The notes beneath the pieces are model-generated. The model was given only the letters and a program-made list of their open reading frames with translations. It was not told where the DNA came from and did not search any database. A DNA stretch of 63,901 bases, counting the filler, from Hausera hauseri (lineage: Eukaryota), in the NCBI GenBank assembly GCA_046269625.1. It is 11 parts of 11 records of this genome, joined end to end, with 100 filler letters (N's around TTAATTAATTAA, not from the genome) between each part and the next. Parts side by side here need not be neighbours in the genome. Positions count along the whole stretch, not along the records: positions 51,301 to 59,768 come from JBJURY010633219.1; positions 59,869 to 63,901 come from JBJURY010805865.1; 9 more parts are not named here. One strand, given 5' to 3'. Both the position numbers and the translations under genes were made by a program. Positions 51,301 to 63,000 of this stretch are shown piece by piece (position 1 is the first letter of the stretch; the number at the start of each line of letters is the position of its first letter).

Positions 51301-53580
51301 TTCACGTTCATACATCATGAAGAAAGGTGTAAATCGTATCTCTGAATGTGGTGTTGTATTAATGGTAAATTGAGCGCATTCCAATCTTTTTGGCCCTTGG
51401 CTACTACTGTGGATAATATGCGTATGACGGTTGCAGTCATTCGTTCAACCATTCCATTACATTGAGGATGGTATACGGTGGTAGTTAACCGCTCAATCTC
51501 AAATAGTTTAATAATTTTCTCAAACAGTTCGCTAGTAAAATTTCTTCCTCGATATGTCAGTATTTGATCTGGGGGCCCATATCGACAAATTATTCTTTTT
51601 ACCACAGCTTCTGTTAAAGTTTCTGACCTATGATCGGTTAACGCTACCAATTCGACAAAGTGAGTTAGTCGATCAATAAAAGTCAAGATATATTATTTTT
51701 GTGGGTCTTAGGTAGCGATCCTACAAAGTTCATTGACACGGCTTGCATATGTCTGTCTGGTACGGCAATTAGTTTTAGCTAAGCCATGTAGTTCTTCGTC
51801 TTTTTCTGTTTAGTTGCACATCTTAGCAAGCATTTACCCAATTCTTCACATCAATATAGATACTGGGCCAAAAGTATTTATTCAATATTCATTCCAGCAT
51901 CTTTTTCCATGACGTGTCCTGCTAAATATGAATCATGTTCTGCCATTAAAACCTCGGTGCGTAAGCCTTTTGTGATGACTATTAATTTCCTTCTTCCATA
52001 ACACAAAATGTCTTCCTGGTCTTTATCGTTTAAGACAATATTTGTGTCCATGCCTGTGTAAATGTTTCTTAAGCTGTAGTCCTTTCGGTACTGTATTCTT
52101 TTTAGCAAATTCTATAATCTGCTGGATAACTTTATCCCTCTTATGTTCGGTTGAGATTTTCATTGCTTTTTCCATCATTAATTGTACTTGTCTTAGTTTT
52201 TAGTCTCGATAGTGCATCAGCATCTGTTTGTTTCCAGGCTTATACCGAAATTCGATATATCTAAAAATTTTTTCAATTCATCTGTTAAGCCTGCAGCTTG
52301 GATTGTTTGCTTGTCCCTTTAAGGTTGTGACGGCTTTATTATCAGTAACAATTATAATTTTCTGCCCGTACACAAAAACGTTGAAGTGTCGAAGTGCTTC
52401 TTTAACGGCCAGAGTTTTCAATTCAGCAATAGAATAATTTTTCTCGGTCTTTTAAAGGACCGTCCTCCATAAGCGATTGGGTGCTCCAACTCTTCATCCT
52501 CTCGTTTTTGAGCTAATACGTATCCAATACCTTCTTTACTGACATGTATTAATTATAAATGGTAAATTGAAGTCTGGGTATGGTAAAACTGGTTCGCTTA
52601 TTAAAATCTTCATTTCGTCGAAGGCCTTCTGTTCGACGTCTGTCCATTTCCATTTAATTCCTTTCTTAAGTAGACGATATAAATGTGCATTTTTAAATTA
52701 TCTGGCACATGATTTATCTCATTTGAACCAGGCTTTTTCTTTACTGGTAGTCAATTGTAAAGCTTTTGCCCTACCAATGTCCTCTTCGTCTTTAGCAATA
52801 ACTGATTTGTAACGGCATAGTAATTCATAGAATCGACAATAAGATTCAGGTAAAAACTTAGTTTCAACATGAGGTGGGAATTCTGCATATTTGTAAGGTT
52901 TTTCTTCAATAGTTATGGACGACATTATACGTATATCCTTAAGTAGTATAAGCGTGTAACTTGACAGGAGTATGTTCATTTGCTATCCCGATCGGCATAC
53001 GCCCTGAATGAACTCTTGTCAATATATTACTGAGTATTACATTCAGATTCAACGTTTCCTTTGGTTCAAAATACACTGGTTCGTGATCATCTTGTTGGAT
53101 TTGGGCGTAGATTATCACCTGTTCTAGGTGGAATGTTTTCGTCTATTGGGATCCACACTTCTCGAAATTATCTATCGTTAGCGGTTTTTACGCCTTTATT
53201 TGGCATAATCTTAGTTTTCCTGTTTGCAAGTCGATTGCTACATTTGGTAGACTTTTCAGTAACTCGCAGCCTAAAACTACATCGTCAGTTAATTGTTCCA
53301 TAACTGCAAATTCGTGACGGAAAAATTGTCCAACTATATGAACTTTTGGGTTCCATTTTAACATTGGTTTCGACATAGGCCACAAGCTCCTGTGCTTCCT
53401 GGATCCTTTGTAGATGGTGGATATAACTGTCCTCTTAACGTTTGAGGTATTGAATCATTTTTGACGTAAGACATCTCAGAACCTGTGTCGATTAAGGCAT
53501 AAACTTTCCAATCTTCAACAGTAATTTTGGCGAAGGGTCTCCCTTCTATTACTGTTCCAAAACAATTGATGCAAGTTTCT
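51301..53580 (-). mobile_element. Gypsy pol, degenerate: PR, RT (core deleted), RNase H, IN
   Basis: ALIDTGSEMS (~53485), VVLGCELL, PVLPYPDFNLPF, GIGYVLAQ, HPIAY, IIVTDNKA, AEHDSYLAGH, YHPQCNGMVER; no YxDD region found. Confidence 0.85.
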
Positions 53581-53719
53581 GGCGTTTAGTCGCCGATATT
53601 TTATGATCATTTATTCTGATTTCCGGAGCGGACACTGTTTTCCGACAGTTGTCTTAGTTCTTCATTTGGATATAATTTATTGTTTTCGATATAATTCATT
53701 GCTCGTCATCATCCGAATT

Positions 53720-54840
53720 ATTTCTTCGTGTTTTAGGTTTAGAGAACTTCTGCTTGTACAAAAACAAGTCCCCCTTTTCGTTTGCGATTATGGTAGCCGA
53801 CATGACATTCTACGTCCGATCTCTATCTGCTTTAAAAACTTAAAAACTTTCCGAAGGGTGTGATAATTGCAGTCAAAATTTCAGTAATTCCAATTTGTCC
53901 TTTGTAGTAAGAATAATCGTCTCGATTTTTCAGATAATCTTCAATACGAATATCTTGCGTCTCAAGGTTGTAAGTCTTTGCACTTATTTCCGTTTCTGCG
54001 ACAAAAATGCTTCATAATTAGTGGCGAACATCGCAACTTCGCAACGTGAGATCATCTTTTTAATAAATTTTAGTCCATGCGGGTCGGGGATCAATATAGT
54101 AGGCGTAGGATGTTCTGCTACGTCCTCGCGTGCCCTTGAGTTGCCATAGTATTTATCCACATATCACTTTCCAGTAGTTTCATTAAATTTCAATTCCTAG
54201 ATTTTGATAAAATGACAGTTTCTTCTAGAGGGGGTTCCCACATTATAACAGAATTTCTGACAGCACAGATTCCCTCTTGTAAATGACAGTTTGGTGATGC
54301 TGTGGAACTTTACTTTCTGTACTCGCATCTCCGATTCATAGAAATCTGTGACCACTACGTTCGATTATAATCCTTTTCCGGTGTCGTACTCTGCTCCATT
54401 ACAGTGTCCTTTATGCATATCTAGCCTCCCAGCCACTACTTTATATGCTCTAATTATCTTTCCTGGTTGCATTCCCATACCGTCCCACTTTAATCTTCCT
54501 GTTTCCCCCGCCTTTACAATTCTGACACTCTAAGTTCATTGGAATTAAGGGAGTCGTCGGTTTAATTATCGACGAATGTCCCTGTATTAATCAACAGTGG
54601 AAAATGCTGTGGTCGACGTAACATACATTCCATTCCATCCAATGATATCAATTCTTGTTGTTGGTCTAGAAAATAACCTTTTCTCCTTTGTTTCTAGTTT
54701 ATGCGGTTTGGCGTCTTCTCATGCCTCTAAATCCATTAAGGAATATTTCTATCCAAGTTTAAATTTATCGCAATCATAGACGGTAATGACACCTATCTGT
54801 TTTACTAACATCATCAAGGTGAGTAAGTTGATTAGCCAAT
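53720..54840 (-). pseudogene. Chuvirus/Monjiviricetes-like (class III, gB-like) fusion glycoprotein remnant upstream of the protease
   Basis: WLINLLTLMMLVKQIGV|ITVYDC...YSLMDLEA; VVAGRLDMHKGHCNGAEYDTGKG.SNVVV; CHLQEGICAVRNSVIMWE; SRCEVAMFATNY. Confidence 0.6.
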
Positions 54841-57800
54841 TTGATTCATTTCTACGGTTATTATTTTCCATTGTGAGATTTTGTAACATGTCTTCGAGTC
54901 GGTTACTATTGCTGGATCATTTATCTTCCTTATCGAATAGTCTTAGTTTATTTTTTGAGGCAGTTTTCTAGCCGCTTTTCTTGCCAAGCTTGTAGCTCTT
55001 AAATTAATTCTCCCAACTGGGATTTGTCTTTGTAATACTTTCCTTAGCTCTTCTATTGTATTCTCCACCATGATCTTCTCGACCACTGATACATCGGTTA
55101 GATTACTTCTTGATAGCTTAAAATGGAAATTTCTCATCACTTTTTGCTGCGTTACTTATCGCTTTCTCTTTTTCGTCTAATACGTCACCATGGAGGCTTG
55201 AATAATTTACGATGCATATTAGATTTTTCATTAACTCGCTTAATTCTTCGTTGTCTATACTGAAGGTAGGAATTGACATCTATGTCAATTCTCTAATCAA
55301 TTCTTCGTTATAGTCAACATCTCGTATTTTCACGGGCGTACTTACAGGGCGTTTCTGTTTCGAAACCGTCGTTGTTATTTTACTTAGTGGTACTAAATTC
55401 TTGTACTGTTCCTTGTCTTCATCCGTTTGCAGATATTCAAAATACATGGCGGCGTCTCGGACTCCCATAATTTGTCCTACGCATTGTTCTGTCTTAGCCT
55501 TACTGTTAGCCTTACTCATTAGCTACTGTTACCTCGGTTTGTTTCGTCGGGTATAATCCCAACGTCTATTAACTGTTCTAAGTCGCATTATATTCTACCT
55601 CTAAAATAGAATCTATAATTTAGCTCATTTGTTCCACCATTGTTTATTAACCATTCTCTTACGTCCCTCACACAGGAATACTTGGTTAATTCACATTCTC
55701 TTTCATTCATCCACTCAGATGAAACCTTTATTTTCATCGTTACCTCAGGCTTAGCTTTTAAGATTTTAGCGTATTTCCTTATCAAGTTTCTGCACCGCGC
55801 TATAGACTGTGCTCTCAAGATAATTTGGTTAGGATCGAAATAAGTTGCCTTAGTTTATTTTCGGTAATATTTACGTTAATTAGTTTGATTAAATCTTTTT
55901 CATTTAGCGCTGAATCCAGGATCATATCCACATTAAATCTTCTACTTTGCGGACACATTTCTGGTTCATTTAACCGTTCTGGAGTCATTGGATTTTCGTC
56001 ATTTTTCGCATCTAAGCAAGCATCCCATTCTGGTTTGTTTCCGATTTCTGGAAGTCCAGTCTACAAGCGCTGTATTCATTCTTTGTTTTCTCGAATTTCC
56101 TTTAATCTAGGTTGTATTTCTTTTATCCGTGTGGCCCGGAAATCTATCTCGTTTTCACAAGCGTATTGGATCAGTTTTAAAAGTTCGCCAAATTCGTTAG
56201 CAGGAATAAATCCCCTTTGATGATAGTCGGTTAGCTCGATAATTACATCCCTTTGCCATCTTTGCACAAACTCTATCTTCCTGGTAATTTCTGACTCCGT
56301 AAAAGCATACTTGTTGCGATAAATTTCGAGCTCTTTTGTTAGTTCGTGTAATCTTGTTGCTCTTTAGTTTTAATGCACGTTTCTTCAGCCTGTCGTATTT
56401 GAGACATCAATTATCTCACCTCATCGCTAATTTCTGCCATTTCTACGAGTAATGTTAATTCGTACAGTTCATTCAGGACTTTTGAGTCAGAATCTATCTC
56501 ATCGAGTGATTTCTTTACAAACCTAGCTTTCTCAAAGCAGAGATGATGGTCGTTTTTTATTTTTGTTAAATCGGTATGGCAATTTTGATTTGTTCCGGCC
56601 ATACATTCTTGCGGTTTATATAGGAATCTCATTGATTCCTCTATAGCTATGTTATTGACAAATATCTAAAGTTTCGAATCTTGAATTGAGATTTCGTCAA
56701 TAGATTTAGCTGTTAAATGTTGGATTCCTTCTAGTCGGATGTTTCTTAATCTTGGGTAAAAATTGTAAGTCATTCCGCTTTTCTGTAAAGATTGTTTCTT
56801 TGATCATTTTATATATCTCTTCCATTATCGCCATTTCTTGCTTCCTTTTCATAAAGTCCATTTGCCGTAATGCGTCGAATTGAGTCCGGATATCTACTTC
56901 CGCTCTCATTGTATCTAAGTTAAGTGCACTTTCCTCTAATTGTCTTTATCGTAGGCGCGCTTTCTGGAAATTCCTTGATACAGTTTTTCACTAATTTGCT
57001 TAGTCGCGATATTAATTCGGACCATTCGTGCAGTTGGTTAACTATTATAAGTTTTGCTAATATCACCTTGTCTAACATTGTATAAGCATCCTTTAATTCA
57101 TTGTCTGGACCTTTTACGAAATTCATAATTTGACTTGCATAATTAAACTCATCTTTATTTTCATCGAATTCTATGATGCAAGCTTTTATTACATACTTAG
57201 TTTCTTCGTTATTCATAAACATGATTAGATTTCTCAAACTACCAATCTGTGATCTCTTCATTCTCCATTTTAATACGATTCTCTAAATATGTATATTGCC
57301 TAGGTATGGCAAAGGCAATTTTTATCATTTTCATTAAGGGAGGAATATCTACTGGATCTACACCCAATATTTTTAAATCGATATCACTTCGATTGCCAAC
57401 CGGTTTTTCCCTAAGTCGATTAATCATTGCACATCGAATTTCATCCATCATGCGTTCTAAATTACGGACTACTCTCTTCAATCTGGAATTAGCTTCTAAC
57501 ATAGATAATAACGTTTGAGCTTTAACTACCTTTACACTAACACTATCTTCATTTTTACTCCATCCTTCCGAGAATTCGACTCCGCTTTTAATCCAAGATT
57601 CTGATTTACGCTTCCATTTTATCAACGTTTCAGATGGCAGCTCTTCAGGTTGTTCTAAGTCGATTGCTTCATCGAGTTTGTCTTCACCACGTAGCTTTAA
57701 ACTTTTATATCTTTTTCGTAAACTGTTGCTCTTTACCGGATATATCTACTTGTTCACTAATCTGCTTAAGCCTTTCCAAATTCTGCTGCAGTACTTCTGG

Positions 57801-58310
57801 ATCGTGGCATCTAATTCTCATTTTCTTTAATTCATCGGTGTTTTTTCACGAACGTCGGACTTTCCATTTCCTCTGGTCAAATTCTTTGATGTTTCCCGTT
57901 TCTTCCTCACTAGTGAGAAGTGGGCAGACCTCGTTTTCTTTGTTAATTGACTCTACAGACTTGTCCACCTCGATGGGTGTAAACTGACCAATTTTTGGTG
58001 TATTTAAGCTGAGCTCTACGTCGCTTTCTACTGCGATTTTCGTATCCTTTGTCTATTCTAGTTTTTCTTTAGTTACTGGATATCGCGAACAATTTCTATG
58101 TTTTTGCTTAAGTAAAGGGGTACAGCCTGTATTTTTTGTAATTTTAAGTATTAATGGTTTCATAAATTTATTTTCGGCCATATCGTCCTCCGTAGTTTTT
58201 TTTACTTTTTCGACCGTGAACACAGGCTCTGCATCTAAGTCGACTTCTGTTGAAATTCCTGGTATATCTGGTTTATTTATTGTTTTATTGATTGTCGGAA
58301 CAGTAGGTAG
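54840..58310 (-). pseudogene. Long (>1100 codons) disrupted helical/coiled-coil polyprotein region of the same element
   Basis: Continuous run of same-strand ORF fragments that runs in frame into the glycoprotein signal peptide. Confidence 0.6.
55540..55737 (-). pseudogene. Ubiquitin-like domain within the polyprotein
   Basis: MKIKVSSEWMNERECELTKYSCVRDVREWLINNGGTNELNYRFYFRGRI*CDLEQLIDVGIIPDET aligns without gaps to ubiquitin 1-66 (M1,I3,V5,E16,V26,G35,R42,F45,G47,D52,L56,D58,I61,T66 identical). Confidence 0.7.
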
Positions 58311-58529
58311 ATTGAAGCACATGGCCTCAAGCCCCCAGGGAAGGAAAGAAAGGAAGTGGTTCGGGACAAGTCATGGTGTAGAAAAAAGCGATACACACAC
58401 GTACAATAATAGGGCGGAGATGGGAGGCACACAGTCACAAAGTGGATACACACAAACGCGTGTACTGTATGGATTTAAGTCGGGTTTAAAATTTGAATTT
58501 GGCGCGCCAGAATTTTTTTCGGTTTCCTG

Positions 58530-59362
58530 AAGTATGAGATATGATGTTGATGTTGTTTTCGAAATTCATGGAATTGTAGGCTGGAAATCACTTCACATTC
58601 TGGGCAGATCCGATATCGTCGAATATTATCACGTCGAATTCAGAGTTCCACTCCTGCGGAGTGTCGAGCAGGCTGTCGTTTTGGCCATGGCTGAGGGCAA
58701 ATTCTGTTTTTCCAATGTTAGTTTCAAAAGATGAGGCAGCTATTCACGTCATCTTGTGGGCGGACTTGAATTTTAGGTAGTGGGAAACGAAAATTTTCAT
58801 TGATTATGACCTTTTCTCTGAATTTGCCTTTTACGTAGTTTGTAAGCATTCGGTGGCGGGTGATAAATTCCGCTCTGTTCCCATCTTTCATGATCTGTAT
58901 AGCCTCGTTAATGGATCCGGCTTCGTCGAGTAATTTGTATAGAGCCTTCCGTGTATTGTTCTTGTAATTATTGATTGGTGGTTCGCCAATTGTACATGTG
59001 AAAGCTCCTTCAAGTGTAGGTTTGTGATGATATTTATATACCTGGAATACGTCGGCTCTGAATGGTATTACGTAAACCAGGTTTAAAAGGCTGCGGAATC
59101 TGTGTAGACGCATGGGATTAGGTACGTAAAAAAGGAAATGGACGTGGCGGAATCCTTGTGGTGAAATTTCTTGGAAGCGTGCACTCATTTTGTGATATTG
59201 CATGGTGTCGTATATTGCACTGATGTAATCGATAATTCGTGTAAGTTCCTCGATTATAATGACACCATAGAAATGTCTGAATGTTGAATTGTTTGGCGTA
59301 GTGACGAGATCTGATATTGGACGGAAAGCGGTTTTGTAGCATTTCCGTGACTTGGTTTGCAT
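58530..59362 (-). pseudogene. rep: CRESS-DNA-virus-like Rep (HUH endonuclease and frameshifted SF3 helicase)
   Basis: Motif II QEISPQGFRHVHFL, motif III YKYHHK, then IGEPP; after a frameshift at ~58726 Walker A ETNIGKT and Walker B VIIFDD. Confidence 0.75.
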
Positions 59363-59868
59363 AAGGAAAAAGTAATTCTAAATCCGGGTGATTATCTTTT
59401 GTGAAGTTGTGTTTGTACGTCTATAATTTTTTAATATTAAAAATAAATATTATACCATCTTTATTATTTTGTATATTTTCAGCACTTGATGTGGTTGGTT
59501 GCATTTGTTGTTCCATTTTGTCGTTGATCAAATTTTAATAATCATTTTAAAATAAAATATTTCAAATATATAGTTTAAATTTGTGAAGAAATTAGACAAA
59601 ATTTGATTGGTTGAATCATCTCTATATATCTTCTCTGTTTTTGAGCAGAGATATTAGCAATATAGTAACTCATGTATATTAGTAATAGTATATTTGTCTA
59701 TATTAGTTATCGCTCAATTGTATAATAGATATAATGCAGTGACAAATAATGCTGGTACTTAAGTGGCANNNNNNNNNNNNNNNNNNNNNNNNNNNNNNNN
59801 NNNNNNNNNNNNTTAATTAATTAANNNNNNNNNNNNNNNNNNNNNNNNNNNNNNNNNNNNNNNNNNNN

Positions 59869-60041
59869 GCCGATCGATTCTATCAATACTGCACTATGCA
59901 GCGATCGATAAGTGAAAAGTGCAAAAGTGCCCTTAGCAACGGTGCCTAGCGGCGCCGTTGCTAGGCTCTTTATGGATCGATATTGCACAGTGTGCACTAT
60001 CGATCGGCACATATGCAAAATCGATTTATCGATTACCCCCT
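59869..60041 (+). repeat. Copy of the 33205-33380 repeat end (candidate Polinton terminus)
   Basis: Shared CCGATCGATTC, TTAGCAAC(G/A)GTGCCTAGCGGC and GATTTATCGATT; both copies end in CCCT. Confidence 0.7.
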
Positions 60042-60049
60042 CCCCCGGG

Positions 60050-63000
60050 TGTGGAGCGGGGGTTGGCCAGAACCGCCATTTTCTCACTAATGTGGGTACG
60101 AGGAGTTAATGGACGACAATGGCCATCCCGAGGGCAATATCGTAATGCACCTAATTCATGACAGTTGGCACAGAAAGTAGTTAATCAGGAACTAGAATGC
60201 CGAACACGTTACGAAGTACATTAAGTGAATGAGGATGACCTAAGAATAAGACAGAATCAGACGGATATTAATATTCGACAACTAATCAGAGAAATACAAG
60301 ATATACCCCGACAAGGAGGAGATGACACAATCGAGACACGTGTCATGAATAACGGTATGAGACTAGACAGAGTTGAAGAAAGAACTACACTAATAGAACA
60401 GAAAGTGAACGATAGTAACATAAGTTTAATTGAATTGGAAGAGAGAAATAAACAACTTGTACAAAATATAAATGCCCATTCCAGACAAATACATAATTTC
60501 CAACAACAGACTATTGACAATATAGCAGCAATACATAGAAATACAGAACAGATTGATAATAACGAGAGACAAGCAAATCAAAGTTAAATGGGATACAAAA
60601 TCAAGTAGCAATTATAGTATGCGAAAAAGAACAAATACAAGTAGAAAACAATCATAACAGAAATCAAATAGATACGCTAACCCTAGGTATAAATCAGTTA
60701 AATGAACGCCTCGAACAAGTAACGACAGAGGATATGATGACTCGACGACAGGAGGAAGTACAATCACGAGAGATTTCAGCAGAATTAAGTTCCATACCAT
60801 GTGAAACCTCCGACACCGATAGCAACAACATGGAGTCGCTCAGGAATAACCGAAAGCCGTTGGCTCACCATGATGAGTGCAACTGTGATGTAAATAATAA
60901 CGCCAGTTACGACTTACTAAACTTTAATGAAAGGAGAAGAGAATAGAAATGCCAAATGTTTCTTCGCCTTAAACCATATGAAGGATGAGTATCAGATTTG
61001 GAGGACTTTTTAGATGAATACGATTCACTAGCAGCAGCTGTGCATTGGGACAATGCAAAGAAGATATCTCTTTTACCAATACATGTGAATAACGATTTAA
61101 GAATGGCAATAACTCGCCTACCTAGACGAATAGATGAAACGTGGGCACAACACCGAAAAAGGATTCTACAAAATCAACAGCTTAGCATACAAAAAAAACA
61201 ATATTTAAAATTCCAAAATTGTAAACAGAAACCAAATGAAGAAGTATTGACATACATTAATAGATTTAAAACAGCAATAAAAAGATACTTTGGCCTGAAT
61301 GCACAAGCCTTTTGTGCCATAATCATGAAGCAATTTGTACTTGGACTTTTACCGCCCTTACTAAAAGGAGTTAAATTTTATACAGCCAACAATAGAAACC
61401 CGGATAAATGAAACACCTTTATGGACTAATCAAACGCAGATCGCAGTAGTAGCCACGACACCATTAATAGTAAAGCCAGATGTACCAAATCGTAGCATCT
61501 CACCTCGGAGAGACCCTTCGAAAAGCCAAAATCCTAATCGACAAGATAGTAATATACTGCAGGAAGGCAATAATTCAGAAAGGGGAAATTATAATCAATC
61601 ATCTAGAAATTACAACAATAATCAAAGCGATACCTTATATCAAAGAAATAGAGGATACTGTGATGATCGACAACGGAATGATACAAGATGCGATAGATAA
61701 CGAGACTACTCAAAAGATAGAAATAACAATAAAAACTGATTTCCTAGCAGAGAAAGATACAGTAATGATCGAAATTTCAATAATTATGATAATAGAAGTA
61801 ATCACGTGAACCCATATTATAGACGAGATGGGAGTTGAACACGATATCCGACTAATCGAGCAGAAGGATTAAGAACTAATTATCCCAACGATAAGCAAAG
61901 TGAGAGCCGCGAAAGGTTTGGACGAGATGATAGCCGAGAACATTATGTTAACTTCCGTAGGAATGATCAGATATGTATCAGATATGCAAAGTAATACACT
62001 TCCATATATGTTGTGATCAGACAAAAAGGAGATCAAAAACTTACTATTTACATTCGTAGCAGTAGAGAAAGTTATCGAAGATGAGCAAGAACCACAAATC
62101 AATCGAATAATAGAAAATGTACACCTAAAAAGGGAGAAATTCTATGAAAAAATCAGGCAGCTACTCTGTGAAAAACTTATTGTTGGAATCGAATTAACAT
62201 GGTTATTTAAACAAATACGGCTAAAGGAAAGAGACATCTTCGGTACGTTTAATGTAGATCAGAATTTTAACTTACCAAGTGATCAATGGAAAAGAGAAGG
62301 TACATTACCCCAACAACTAACAAACCTACGACAAAAATACAAAATTAAACTTAAAGCAGACCTTTGTATAAAGACGACAGACATCCTCAACGAGAAATAA
62401 TATGTAACACCACCCTGATTCCGGAGGTAAAATTACAACGCCTGGACATAAATACAATTCAAAACAGGGATAAAATATTTACCAACAAAAGTCTAACCGA
62501 ATAGAGTTCGAAAATATTGCCGAACGAGGATTGATTTGTATGGCATGTATCGATAAAGCATGCTTAAAGAATACCGATATCCAGATTAAAAAGAATGATC
62601 CACCATGTGCTATAATTAACAATCAAGGAGAAGCCCGACTACAGGTTGGTAATAAAACAGTAATTATTTCCAAAGGGACTATAATATTTTCCAATTATCC
62701 CTACGAAGGAGATTGACAAATTCAACCACTAGATAACTGCTCGTTATACTTCATACAATTGATCAAGAAGCACCCATATTATCTGTGGATGAACCTGTAA
62801 CACAAGATAGAGAAATAATATTCACAGGTAGATGCATAAACAAAGGAGAGTAAAAAGGACTTACACAAGTTACTGCCCAAAACATAGAAGAAAAGACATT
62901 TGTCAATATTCATGTGTATCTGAATATACCAGACATACAAAATATACCAAATACAATAGACAATCCAAGCATCAACGACAAGAGTCGGTAAGCGAATTTA

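Noticed and set aside
59682-59690. TACTATTAC (minus strand) as a CRESS origin nonanucleotide upstream of rep
   Set aside because: No flanking inverted repeat to form a stem; likely by chance in very AT-rich DNA.
58300-59768. 5' LTR/PBS for the giant element
   Set aside because: No match to the 44800-44983 LTR found, and TGGCGCGCCA is not preceded by an LTR end, so rep cannot be placed inside the element from this window.
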